Shown here: piece after piece, positions 1-8,743 of the stretch | How positions within the stretch are numbered: the stretch's first letter is position 1 | Layout of the letters: each line of letters starts with the position of its first letter | Assembly (NCBI GenBank): GCA_040222015.1 | Contig: JAVJWO010000048.1 | Span: forward strand, 1-32,115 | DNA: 32,115 nucleotides | Direction of reading: 5' to 3' | Origin: Coleofasciculus chthonoplastes F2-STO-03 | Lineage (GTDB): Bacteria > Cyanobacteriota > Cyanobacteriia > Cyanobacteriales > Coleofasciculaceae | Program-made: the position numbers and the translations under genes | Notes under the pieces: generated by a model | Seen by the model: the letters and a program-made list of their open reading frames with translations, nothing else | What the model was told of the DNA's origin: nothing | Database searches by the model: none

Positions 1-487
1 AAAAACCAAGCCCCATAATAATTGTAGCGCCTCAGCTATTCAAAATTGAGAAAAACATCCAGATAACGCCCAAACCTTTTGTTATATAAAGGCTTTGAAT
101 ATTTCAACTAACAATTTAGCATAATAAGTACTGAAGAACCCATTTTTATTTTTTACCAATGTTTTAATCATCCTTCTCAGCTAAATACTTTAAGGTTAAA
201 TAAAAATCTCTATCCCAATAAGAATCCGAGTGTTCATCCCGATTAATATCATTAGTTTGATCGCTTAAGCCGTCAACTCCTCAAAATTCCGCCTCACCAC
301 CTCCTGATAATCTGGCAATGCCTCAATCTCCATCAACTCCCAAATTGATTAGGGTGGGCATTGCACTACCCTACTTAATAGAGTGTTGAAAACTCGCCCA
401 CAATTTTTTAGGGCTAAGGTTCCCTGACTACGAACCCAACCGGGCAAAGCTACAATAGTGCAATAGAAATTATCACAACAATCTCCC

Positions 488-739
488 ATGAAAGTTAAAG
501 GAATTATACGCGGCAAAACTATAGAGCTATTTCAAGAACTTCCCGTGCCTAATGGCGTGGAAATTTTTATTGGGATTCCTGATACTACTTTCTCGAACCC
601 TGACTCCAATTGGCAACAGCTACAAGCCATTATTGGTGCATGGAAGGATGATCAAGAAATCGGAGACATTTTTGCTCAGATTGATAGAGAACGCCATGCT
701 GACTTGGGTGAACCGATAAACTTTGATAATTTAAACTAA
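488..739 (+). CDS. Putative type II antitoxin (partner of the downstream PIN toxin)
   Basis: 83-aa acidic protein (MKVKGIIRGKTIEL...IIGAWKDD) ending 8 nt before a PIN-domain start. Confidence 0.65.
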   Translation: MKVKGIIRGKTIELFQELPVPNGVEIFIGIPDTTFSNPDSNWQQLQAIIGAWKDDQEIGDIFAQIDRERHADLGEPINFDNLN

Positions 740-747
740 CTATTCAG

Positions 748-894
748 ATGTACTTGCTCGATACAAATATCTGTATAGCGATTATTCAAGGAAATCCATC
801 GGCTATCGCTCATTTTCAGCAAAAATACCAAGACTGTTATCTGGTGACTCTAGTTCTCGGCTTTTATCCAGATAAACATCCCAGGATAGTATGA
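748..894 (+). pseudogene. vapC: Truncated VapC/PIN toxin
   Basis: Manual translation MYLLDTNICIAIIQGNPSAIAHFQQKYQDCYLVTLVL... shows the PIN N-terminal YLLDTN motif. It stops at 48 aa where IS-derived sequence begins. Confidence 0.8.
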
Positions 895-1127
895 TACAAT
901 GCAACTGGCTTGCGGCGGCTAAGTCGAAGTCAACTTATCAGGTACGCCGGGACTCGGCGGAACCCAAACCGCAAAGGTTTGAAACGCCCAACCCTGAATC
1001 GACAGGGTGTTAGGAGATAACACGATGCCCTAGATGGCGAACATCGTGTGCCTGGGAACCCGTTTATCGGGATATATGGAACGAAATTTCCATAGAATCT
1101 CCCTTCTCCTAGGAGGGAGAGCGTCAA
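860..1127 (+). mobile_element. Internally deleted IS200/IS605 (tnpB-type) element retaining an omegaRNA-like region and right end
   Basis: TGaTACAAT at 892-900, leader hairpin at about 907-931, tnpB-tail-like GTPGLGGT..NA sequence, subterminal hairpin TCTCCCT/AGGGAGA ending GCGTCAA at 1127. Left boundary approximate. Confidence 0.65.
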
Positions 1128-1182
1128 TCTCCTCTATTCCCCAACCTGGCGCTAACGGCTCAACAGGTGCTAAACGGTAATG

Positions 1183-1842
1183 TCAAAAATTGATTTTCAG
1201 TAAATCAGCATCCCCAGGTTGAGGTAATCCTGGGTTAGATCGGCGAGTCGGAGTAGAAGGCGGCGACGGCTGCGGGCTGGGTGTTGACATTTGGGAATCA
1301 GGACGATTGGGATTATAAATGCTAACCAAAACCTCAATCAAATCCTCTCGCTGCTGGCGAGTCAGCTTTTCTATCGCGGCGCGATCGCCTGCCATCGGAT
1401 TTTCCGTTAACGTGTTACTACCGGGATACTCAGATTCATTGATATACTCATTCGCCCCAAGATAGTCAGCCAGCGTCAACTTCCAATCAAACCGATAATT
1501 AGGAAGACGTCTTTTCTCATACAGGTGATAACGAATCAGACGACTTACCAATGTACTCTCTAAATTGACTTCGCCCGTTTCATTAGTGACATACTGGTTT
1601 TCTTTGGGAAAATCGGGTAACTGTTCATAAACTTGACGCCAAGTATCCTGCGATCGGATTAATTGGGCGTTGGCGGGTTGGGAACCCATAATTGACAAAA
1701 CGGGGATAGTCCTAATCCCCGCTTTGCCCCAGCACAAGCCGATACTCGTCAGAATGGCAAGGGTGAACAGCATAAGGTAGCGTGTCACCTTACCCTTCCA
1801 TTTCAGTTGGATCGTGAATAGGGATGATCTAGCTGTTGCCAT
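1183..1842 (-). CDS. Hypothetical protein, probably exported
   Basis: 219-aa ORF with a hydrophobic N-terminus and Pro/Ser-rich tail, directly downstream of rpoZ. Confidence 0.75.
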   Translation of the reverse strand: MATARSSLFTIQLKWKGKVTRYLMLFTLAILTSIGLCWGKAGIRTIPVLSIMGSQPANAQLIRSQDTWRQVYEQLPDFPKENQYVTNETGEVNLESTLVSRLIRYHLYEKRRLPNYRFDWKLTLADYLGANEYINESEYPGSNTLTENPMAGDRAAIEKLTRQQREDLIEVLVSIYNPNRPDSQMSTPSPQPSPPSTPTRRSNPGLPQPGDADLLKINF

Positions 1843-1885
1843 AATAAAGGTTACATCGCTTCCCCAGCTTTAAGAGCACCCGCCT

Positions 1886-2116
1886 TTAATCCCCAATAAT
1901 TTCCGGTTGAGTCAATTCATCAGACATCTCAATAATTGCCCGCAGTACTGGCTTCATCATTGGATCATCCAGATTTTCAAAATCTTCATAGCGACGGCGC
2001 TTTGCCCGATTTGCCACTTGCACCGTAATCCGATAGCGGTTAGAAGCAGCGCTGACTAGCTCCTCAGCCCGGTGCATAATTTGACTCGAATCAAACTGGT
2101 AACGCCGATGCAGCAT
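1886..2116 (-). CDS. rpoZ: RNA polymerase omega subunit
   Basis: Cyanobacterial omega motifs [18 protein letters not shown] and [14 protein letters not shown]. Confidence 0.95.
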   Translation of the reverse strand: MLHRRYQFDSSQIMHRAEELVSAASNRYRITVQVANRAKRRRYEDFENLDDPMMKPVLRAIIEMSDELTQPEIIGD

Positions 2117-2258
2117 AGATTTTTAGTTCCTAATGTAGCAAGTTATTAGTCTAGCATTGTTAACCCATGACTTCCTGGTATGCAGACCTAGGGGGTAAAA
2201 ACGGTGACGCCCTGACATAATCGTTTTGTTTTCTAGCTCAGACCAGAAAAGCCTAAAC

Positions 2259-2390
2259 TTAGTCCTCATGGTCTTCAAAAGGATCATTCAACTCAGCCGA
2301 AGGTGGACCAAACGCGGTGTAGATAGCGAAGGCAGTAACGGCGATGAGAATCACAGCGACTGAAATGCTAAGAACTATTGCAGGTTCCAT
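2259..2390 (-). CDS. psbN: Photosystem II assembly protein PsbN
   Basis: 43 aa MEPAIVLSIS...FGPPSAELNDPFEDHED, divergent from psbH. True start is 2390, not 2471. Confidence 0.97.
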   Translation of the reverse strand: MEPAIVLSISVAVILIAVTAFAIYTAFGPPSAELNDPFEDHED

Positions 2391-2679
2391 GTTGGATATC
2401 ATCGAAAATTGGGGTTGGTAAGGGGGCGAATGGAAACCCCTGTCATTTATGTATGTATGGGGAGGAAGCAAGCCTCCTTACATAAACAGCAGTCCGACAG
2501 GACTTCCTCTGTTGGGAAGTGCATCGGCTCCATTTCCCGTAGACACGACTGCTTAAATTTGAAGCCCTTACCGCCTTGGATTTACTTGCCGCGTTCGATG
2601 TATTGCATTCACCTTTCGTCTGGGCAATTACAGACTCGTGCTTTTGACCTGTACGCATAAGGGAACCATTTGGTTGGGC

Positions 2680-2947
2680 TTGCGCCCCTCCCGTTTCCGG
2701 GGTAAAGTTTGCCTCGCCAATGTTATGTTAACGGTCGGTACTTTCCTTTCCAGCACTAACTTAACCATTGTAAACCTGTTTAACTGTCCGGTTCTAGCAG
2801 CTCAGGACTGGCACGCATCCCAAGTAGAGACGCGCCATGGCGCGTCTCTACAACGCTTGCCGCTAACGTAGACCGCGTAGGTCTTAGGCTGGTCAGGTTG
2901 CGGCTCAATTCCAAGCCCCCGGAACTTATAGCCGTGGGGTTCCTGAC
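2680..2947 (-). ncRNA. HEARO-like omegaRNA scaffold
   Basis: Ordered HEARO-like blocks on the minus strand: GTCAGGAACCCC, TGACCAGCCTAAG, CTACGTT, GGATGC..CCAGTCC, GTTAAACAG, CATTGGCGAGGCAAACTTTACC. 3' end approximate. Confidence 0.8.
2824..2851. repeat. Perfect 28-bp GTAG-type REP palindrome
   Basis: GTAGAGACGCGCCATGGCGCGTCTCTAC, with relatives at about 12431-12455 and 22773-22796. Confidence 0.85.
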
Positions 2948-2973
2948 ATAAATGAGTCTTCTTCCTCTATAAT

Positions 2974-2991
2974 ATTACAGAACATTACAAA
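2974..2991. promoter_or_regulatory. HLR1-like (RpaB) direct repeat between psbN and psbH
   Basis: ATTACAGA-AC-ATTACAAA versus consensus (G/T)TTACA(T/A)(T/A)-N2 repeat. Confidence 0.5.
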
Positions 2992-3020
2992 ACGTGATCG
3001 AAATTAATCATAGGTGACCC

Positions 3021-3224
3021 ATGGCACAACAGACGCGGTTAGGAGATATTCTCAAACCCCTGAACTCTGAATATGGTAAAGTAGCTCCCGGTTGGGGAAC
3101 AACGCCCTTAATGGCAGTGTTCATGCTCTTATTCTTCGTTTTCTTGCTAATTATCTTGCAGCTATACAACTCCTCGCTGTTGCTGGAGAACATCAATGTG
3201 GATTGGAGAAGCCTAGGTCAATAG
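3021..3224 (+). CDS. psbH: Photosystem II PsbH
   Basis: [27 protein letters not shown] motif. Confidence 0.98.
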   Translation: MAQQTRLGDILKPLNSEYGKVAPGWGTTPLMAVFMLLFFVFLLIILQLYNSSLLLENINVDWRSLGQ

Positions 3225-3415
3225 GTCTCTAGGTTTTGAGCATTCATGGTTCATAGTTCATGGTTCATAGCCATAAACTTTTCTCTAATCAGGCATGAAC
3301 CATGAATATCCTCTCCCTGTCTGCTTGTCAGTGGGGAGATAATTGTCAATGAAACGTTAGACTTTAGCATTTGATACACAATAGAAACAGCTATTGGTAC
3401 ATCAGGAGGTATACG

Positions 3416-3703
3416 ATGAACGTTTTTGGTATTGGTTTACCGGAAATGGCGCTGATTTTAATCGTGGCGCTATTAGTATTTGGTCCGAAAAAGTTACCAG
3501 AGATTGGTCAGAGTCTAGGGAAAGCCATTCGCGGTTTTCAAGATGCCTCAAGAGAATTTGAAACGGAATTTAAGCGTGAGGCTCAACAGTTAGAACAAGC
3601 GGAGAAAACACCTGCACTGTCTGAAACTCAGCAGCAAGCTACTTCTGAAGCTGATTCAACAGATAGCAATAATCATGCCGCTACTCCGTCTAAAGCTAGC
3701 TAA
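3416..3703 (+). CDS. tatA: Twin-arginine translocase TatA
   Basis: MNVFGIGLPEMALILIVALLVFGPKKLPEIG. AGGAGG RBS at 3404-3409 supports the 3416 start. Follows psbH. Confidence 0.95.
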   Translation: MNVFGIGLPEMALILIVALLVFGPKKLPEIGQSLGKAIRGFQDASREFETEFKREAQQLEQAEKTPALSETQQQATSEADSTDSNNHAATPSKAS

Positions 3704-3706
3704 AAA

Positions 3707-4125
3707 CTATTTTTTCAGCGAACGTGAAGACTCAAAAACCATTGTGCGGTAGCGAGATTCATTTATGAATCTGGGCTTACCCGAACGTTTTCCGCTCTTT
3801 TCCCCCTGTACAAATCGCTTAAAGGCTTTGTCTACCCGTTGGCAAAGATCTTGCAGAATTGTGGAATAGACACCGGAGAAATCTATCAATTCTCCCGACC
3901 ATTTAACCCAAACCAACTCTTCTTTGATGAGAGGCAGTTGATTTTTCTGGTTGTAGTAGTTGGGTCGCTCTTTGAGTTCAGGAAGATGACAACAGATGAG
4001 AGAGCATGAGTTAATCGCGCAACGGTATTGACGGACTCCGTTCCTCCGTTCGTCCCGTCCGCCTATCCATCCCGACGCTGACCCTACGGAACGCGGGGCT
4101 TCCGGCGAAAAAGCGAAAAAGCGAA
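3707..4125 (-). mobile_element. tnpB: IS605-family remnant: N-terminal tnpB fragment plus probable left end
   Basis: Reading frame ..RCAINSCSLICCHLPELKERPNYYNQKNQLP..STILQDLCQRVDKAFKRF..SGKPRF with no RuvC part. End-like hairpin at about 4065-4105. Confidence 0.8.
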
Positions 4126-4159
4126 AAAGCTGACACCAAACTCATGTCATGGTGTCAGT
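4124..4159 (-). terminator. Intrinsic terminator of the response regulator gene
   Basis: Stem GCTGACACCA/TGGTGTCAGT followed by TTTTT on the minus strand, just after the stop codon. Confidence 0.6.
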
Positions 4160-4162
4160 TGT

Positions 4163-4891
4163 TCATGAAGACCGTTGCTCATTAATTTGCTCAGTGTTGG
4201 GTTCTTCAAACTTGTAGCCAACCCCCCGAATCGTTTGGATTAACTTCGGGTCACTCGCATCGATTTCAATCTTTTTGCGAATTTGTCCAATATGAACGTC
4301 AACAACTCGTTGGTCTCCAACATAGTCGTATTCCCAAACTTCCTGAATCAATTCAGAACGGCGCAGGACTTGACCTGGGTGAGATGCTAAGAAATGTAAC
4401 AAATCGAACTCTAGAGCGGTCAAGGGGACAAGTTGGTCGTGAAGGGTCACCTCCCGACGGGTGGGATCAATCGTCAAGTGATTGTAAACGAGACGTTGCT
4501 GGTCACTCGGCGTAATTTCTCGCTTACGTCTCAAAATCGCCCCAACTCGGTTTTCGAGTTCCATTAAATCGAAGGGCTTGGTGAGATAATCATCACCACC
4601 CTGTTTGAACCCTTGATTTTTGTCATCGGGTTGATCGCGAGACGTGAGGAAGAGGACAAAAACATCATTGATGCTTTGCATTTCCCGGCAAAGGTTGTAG
4701 CCAAGGGCATCTGGCAAATTCACATCCAGAATTACTAAGTCTGGGTTGAATTGCTTAAATGTGGCTAGAGCCGTCTTACCATCCTGCGCCGAGTCCATTT
4801 GATAGTTCTTTGTGCTCAAAAAGCGAATTATTAAATTGCGGATTGCCGGATCGTCGTCCACGACAAGAATTTTGGCGGAGACCATGGTCAT
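4163..4891 (-). CDS. OmpR/PhoB-family response regulator
   Basis: Receiver domain (ILVVDDD, LVILD, YLTKPF) plus winged helix (VVDVHIGQIRKK, IQTIRGVGYKF). Start 4891 or 4885. Confidence 0.93.
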   Translation of the reverse strand: MTMVSAKILVVDDDPAIRNLIIRFLSTKNYQMDSAQDGKTALATFKQFNPDLVILDVNLPDALGYNLCREMQSINDVFVLFLTSRDQPDDKNQGFKQGGDDYLTKPFDLMELENRVGAILRRKREITPSDQQRLVYNHLTIDPTRREVTLHDQLVPLTALEFDLLHFLASHPGQVLRRSELIQEVWEYDYVGDQRVVDVHIGQIRKKIEIDASDPKLIQTIRGVGYKFEEPNTEQINEQRSS

Positions 4892-5376
4892 AAATTTCCA
4901 CGGAGAACTAATTTCAGGGATTGATACAAGATGCACACCTATTCACCACTAGGATCTATTGAGCATTTTAGTCAATACTCTTATAGCGTAGCTGGATCAG
5001 GAATCAGGGTATAGATTTTTGTGACATCAATGGCGTAATAAGCATTTAAATCAATTATCGCCAGAGAACTCAGGGATGCCAATAGCGTCTGACATGATTA
5101 CCCAAGTGGGAAAATAGGGCAGCCGCCCAATAGCATAACCGCTTTTGGCAGATCTGGCATCACTTGGGCTTACCTCAAGGAATTTTTCTGCCAAGAGGAC
5201 TTGTTGGCAAAGAACAGGCTACACTAGCTGGCAAGGGAGTTAGCATGGCACTCGGTACATAAACTAGGCTGTTACCCGTTGGGTGCAGCAGAGTTGAGAA
5301 AATCGATGTCTATCATAATAACCAGTGTAGAGTCTTACATATACCAGTGAAAAAAGGGATGTCTAGGAGGTTTTGA

Positions 5377-6003
5377 ATGAGCGATCAAAATCCCTACGAA
5401 AAACTTGGGGTTACCGAAGACGCTTCCTTTGATGAAATTCAGGATGCTAAAGGACGCTTGATGCAGCAGCATCGCGGCGAACCTAAGCTTGTCGAGTCAG
5501 TAGAGGCGGCTTATGATGCGATTATTATGGATCGCCTCAGAATGCGCCAAGAAGGAAAAATCAAGGTTCCAGAACGCATTCGTTTTCCAGAACGGGAAAA
5601 AGTGCCACAAACCCCTTTGGGTTTTAGCTCCCCCTCAGCCAATTCCTCTCCGGCTTGGCTGCAAGGACTATTAGATACCCCGACGAGGAGTGATTTAGTT
5701 GCCCCCACGGTTGTGTTCTTGGTCTTGATTGGTCTGACTCTGTTTTATCCAGAAGCGTCAATTCTTACCTTTACTGTCGCCTTGGGGTTTGGCGGTACGA
5801 TTTATTTCCTCAATCGCAAAGAACAACAATTTGGTCGGGCTGTATTGCTCACCCTCGTTGGTTTACTGCTAGGTGTAGCATTGGGAACCGTTCTGGGAGG
5901 AGCATTAGAGTCACTGCTTATCGACATGGGTGTGACCGTTGAGAAATTTGCCTCATTGGTAACCTTTGTCTTGTTCTGGCTGATTAGCAGCTTCCTGCGA
6001 TGA
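5377..6003 (+). CDS. CPP1-like (DUF3353) J-like membrane protein
   Basis: NPYEKLGVTEDASFDEI...EAAYDAIIMDRLRMRQEGKI plus C-terminal TM helices. GGAGG RBS. Confidence 0.88.
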   Translation: MSDQNPYEKLGVTEDASFDEIQDAKGRLMQQHRGEPKLVESVEAAYDAIIMDRLRMRQEGKIKVPERIRFPEREKVPQTPLGFSSPSANSSPAWLQGLLDTPTRSDLVAPTVVFLVLIGLTLFYPEASILTFTVALGFGGTIYFLNRKEQQFGRAVLLTLVGLLLGVALGTVLGGALESLLIDMGVTVEKFASLVTFVLFWLISSFLR

Positions 6004-6281
6004 AAGGGAGGAAGAGGAGAAGACAAGCGGGTAAATTCCATCGGAATAAATCTCTGCCCATCCTTCACTTCTCCTTCACTTCTTCACTTCTTCACTTCGG
6101 ACAGAGGACATGGTTCGAGGACATAATTTTGGGTAACAATGGGTAGACGTATTCAGCTTTTTTTCCTGTAGCTACCTACCCTCTCTGTTCCCTGTTCCCT
6201 TTTTTCCGTTACATAGATAGGTAGTCATGGGTAAAGGTGTCCAGCTTTTTGGTTACAGCTACCAGCCCTCAAAAATACTGA

Positions 6282-7448
6282 TCAACTCTTTTCCATCGGC
6301 AAACAACCGCGTTTCATCTGCTCCTGCTCTATCGCCTCAAACAAAGCCCGGAAATTCCCCTCACCAAACCCTGTTGCTCCCCATCGCCGTTCGATGAACT
6401 CGAAAAAGAAGGTGGGTTCGGCGAAAATGGGTTGAGTAAAGGTTTGCAGCAGTAACGCTTGCGGGGATTGAGCTTGCCAATCCACTAGAATTTGCTGCTG
6501 CGCGATCGCATTCCATTCCGCCGTCGAGAAATTATAACCCGGATAGCGATCGCGCAGTTGACGGTAATAACTGGGGGGAACGTTGATGAAGGACATACCT
6601 TGACGACGCCGTTGCGCGATCGTACCTACAATATTTCTCGTGGCTAAAGCAATATGCTGGATTCCGGCTCCTCCATTCACATCCAGAAATTCCTGAATTT
6701 GAGAATTCGCCGATGTCGGTTCATTAATGGGCAATTGTGTCCCGGTTACCGGATGTACCATCACCTGAGAGCATAAGCCAGATTTCTCAGTCTGGATGGT
6801 AAACACCTGCTGCGGTTGGAAGTCCAACACCTGTTGATACCACTGAACCGCTTTCGCCAAATCCCCAGCCGCCACATTCAGGACAATGTGATCGATATGG
6901 GTAAACGCCTCAATTGGGGATTGAAGAACTGTTGAATGTAGAGACCAATAATGGCGCGTCTGAGGGTTGAATGTTGACCCTTCACTTACTCCGTTTGACC
7001 CCAACTTAGTCTCACTCAGCCAGTCCACCTGTACCGGAAAGTAGAGGATGGGATTAAAGCTATGGCGTTCGACCAAAGTATGAGTCATATCGCCCCATGC
7101 AGCGACTTTAGCCCACTTTATGCATACATTCTCATAAACTTGGGTTTGAAGAGGTTGTAAGACCTTAGCGCCGCGTTGGAGAAGTTTTTCTAGGCTCCAT
7201 TCCAGATCCGCAACCTTAAAGGCAATATCAGCAACACCTGGAGGATGCTGGCGCAGAAACTGGGCAACGGGACTATTCGGCGCGATCGCCGACGACAGGA
7301 CAAAATAAATCGCACCACTGTTGACTACCGTAGTGTGTGTGTGACAACTTACCCCCGATGTCACAGATTGAAAGCCCATCTTCTCAACAAACCAATCGCG
7401 GGAGGCTAGCGCATCTTTAACGTAAAAGTGAATGTGATCGATTCTCAT
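6282..7448 (-). CDS. hppD: 4-hydroxyphenylpyruvate dioxygenase
   Basis: IDHIVLNV, SQIQEFL, GAGIQHIAL, LLQTFTQP, FFFEFIERR, GFGEGNFRALFEAIE. Confidence 0.95.
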   Translation of the reverse strand: MRIDHIHFYVKDALASRDWFVEKMGFQSVTSGVSCHTHTTVVNSGAIYFVLSSAIAPNSPVAQFLRQHPPGVADIAFKVADLEWSLEKLLQRGAKVLQPLQTQVYENVCIKWAKVAAWGDMTHTLVERHSFNPILYFPVQVDWLSETKLGSNGVSEGSTFNPQTRHYWSLHSTVLQSPIEAFTHIDHIVLNVAAGDLAKAVQWYQQVLDFQPQQVFTIQTEKSGLCSQVMVHPVTGTQLPINEPTSANSQIQEFLDVNGGAGIQHIALATRNIVGTIAQRRRQGMSFINVPPSYYRQLRDRYPGYNFSTAEWNAIAQQQILVDWQAQSPQALLLQTFTQPIFAEPTFFFEFIERRWGATGFGEGNFRALFEAIEQEQMKRGCLPMEKS

Positions 7449-7526
7449 GGCTTATCCCATCCGGCAGCTTACTTAGTTGTCAATTTTGCCGTCTTTTGCG
7501 GAATTTCAGCTCATTCTTAAGGGAGA

Positions 7527-7568
7527 GTCATTTGTCATTTGTCATTTGTCATTTGTCATTTGTCATTC
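7527..7568. repeat. Heptamer tandem repeat (STRR-like)
   Basis: (GTCATTT)x5 plus GTCATTC. Similar arrays at 8398-8430 (TTGTCCG), about 10317-10347, 3243-3270 and 24989-25009. Confidence 0.9.
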
Positions 7569-7637
7569 GTTTGCTCCCTCATCTTCCCTATCTTCTGTTC
7601 CCTCCCCTCGCCACAATACTGATTCAGCCAGCCCGAG

Positions 7638-8354
7638 TTAAAAGAATAGATGGCTTTCCGGCTGGATGTTGATTTCCATCGGTACGGCTTGCGGATCAGC
7701 TCTCAAGGCAAACAGAATGGCATCAGCCGCCGTTTGCGGAGTCAGCATCTTTTTGCGATCCACTTTTAAGCTGACATTATCCCAGAAGGGTGAATCCACA
7801 CCGCCAAAGTAAAAGAGGGTAAATTTAATCCCAAAGCGCTTTAATTCATCTGCCATACATTTGCTAAATCCGACAACACCGAACTTCGAGGCGCAGTACG
7901 CCGAGGCCATTGCCATGGAATGTTTGCCTAAAATGCCGATGATGTTACAAATGTGACCGGATTTTTGGCTCTTCATCACTTCAGCAGCGGCTTGACAGGT
8001 ATAGAAGCTACCTTTGAGATTTAAGTCCAGCATCGCCTCTAGGTCAGCCGATGTAATTTTGTTGTACTGTTTAAGAATTCCTGCCCCTGCTGCATTGATG
8101 AGTACGTCAATTTGACCAAACTTGTCAACCGCCTTCTGCATCAGCGTTTCCACCTGGGCTGGGTCGGTGATATCGGTGGGTACATTTAAGACTTGCTCTA
8201 AATTAGCCATGGGGAGTTGGGAGGTCAAAGTGGCTAGGCGATCGCTCTGTCTGGCGGCGAGGACTAAATTGGCTCCCTCTTTTGCCAATTGGTGGGTTAT
8301 AGCCGATCCAATACCCCCTGTGGCACCAACGACAACAATAACTTTATCTGGCAT
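7638..8354 (-). CDS. Short-chain dehydrogenase/reductase
   Basis: GATGGIG, NAAG and YCASK motifs. Confidence 0.93.
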   Translation of the reverse strand: MPDKVIVVVGATGGIGSAITHQLAKEGANLVLAARQSDRLATLTSQLPMANLEQVLNVPTDITDPAQVETLMQKAVDKFGQIDVLINAAGAGILKQYNKITSADLEAMLDLNLKGSFYTCQAAAEVMKSQKSGHICNIIGILGKHSMAMASAYCASKFGVVGFSKCMADELKRFGIKFTLFYFGGVDSPFWDNVSLKVDRKKMLTPQTAADAILFALRADPQAVPMEINIQPESHLFF

Positions 8355-8359
8355 ATAAT

Positions 8360-8377
8360 TTTACATTTCTTTACATC
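8360..8377. promoter_or_regulatory. HLR1-like site immediately upstream of the SDR start codon
   Basis: TTTACATT-TC-TTTACATC, one mismatch to consensus, downstream of a minus-strand TATCAT. Confidence 0.5.
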
Positions 8378-8489
8378 TTTACCTATGATAGAGCGATTTG
8401 TCCGTTGTCCGTTGTCCGTTGTCCTTTGTCAAACGTTACCATCAATAGCAACAAGAACATTTTGAATACCCATAATTAGGACTGACGGC

Positions 8490-8743
8490 AATTATCACCG
8501 GAACGCTGCAAACGGGTGCGATCGCGCTAACTACTCATGGCGGTACTATTAACATCACCAGTGAGGATGCAATCAGGTTTTCCGGTTCGGGTTTAGTTTA
8601 AACCCATGGCGGAAACATTATTCTCAGAAGAAGGTAGATTAATAGGGGTGGGGTTACCCTTAATAGTGGTAACCCCATGGGTGAGGGGGGAGATATTTAT
8701 ACTAACGCGAATTCGGGTAACTTGGCAATGGGTAATCAGAATA
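8490..8743 (+). pseudogene. Decayed filamentous-haemagglutinin beta-helix fragment
   Basis: IITGTLQTGAIALTTHGGTINITSEDAIRFSGSGLV*THGGNIILRRR*INRGGVTLNSGNPMGEGGDI, the same repeat style as 25559-31135, with two in-frame stops. Confidence 0.65.

Larger units (their letters stand above)
2403..2947 (-). mobile_element. Non-autonomous IS200/IS605 IscB/IsrB-type element without an intact ORF
   Basis: On the minus strand it starts GTCAGGAACCCC..GGGGGCTTG and ends TTCCTCCCC..GGGGTTTCC. It expands the psbN-psbH gap from about 85 to 630 bp. Confidence 0.8.

Noticed and set aside
1..145. Possible IS terminal repeat ending GTACTGAAGAACC
   Set aside because: Any partner end or transposase would lie outside the window, so it cannot be supported
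265..348. Minus-strand frame SIWELMEIEALPDYQEVVRRNFEELTA*, resembling a gene 3' remnant
   Set aside because: Too short to assign and bounded by a repeat
930..1127. 65-aa minus-strand ORF
   Set aside because: Antisense to the IS-derived structured RNA region, with no protein features
2409..2871. ORFs 2409-2660, 2443-2658 and 2638-2871
   Set aside because: All lie inside the HEARO element. At most 2443-2658 holds a decayed iscB trace, with no HNH or RuvC motifs
5095..5215. Inverted repeats CCCAAGTG/CACTTGGG and TGCCAA/TTGGCA in a long intergenic region
   Set aside because: No recognisable ncRNA or riboswitch motif, and stems this short can arise by chance
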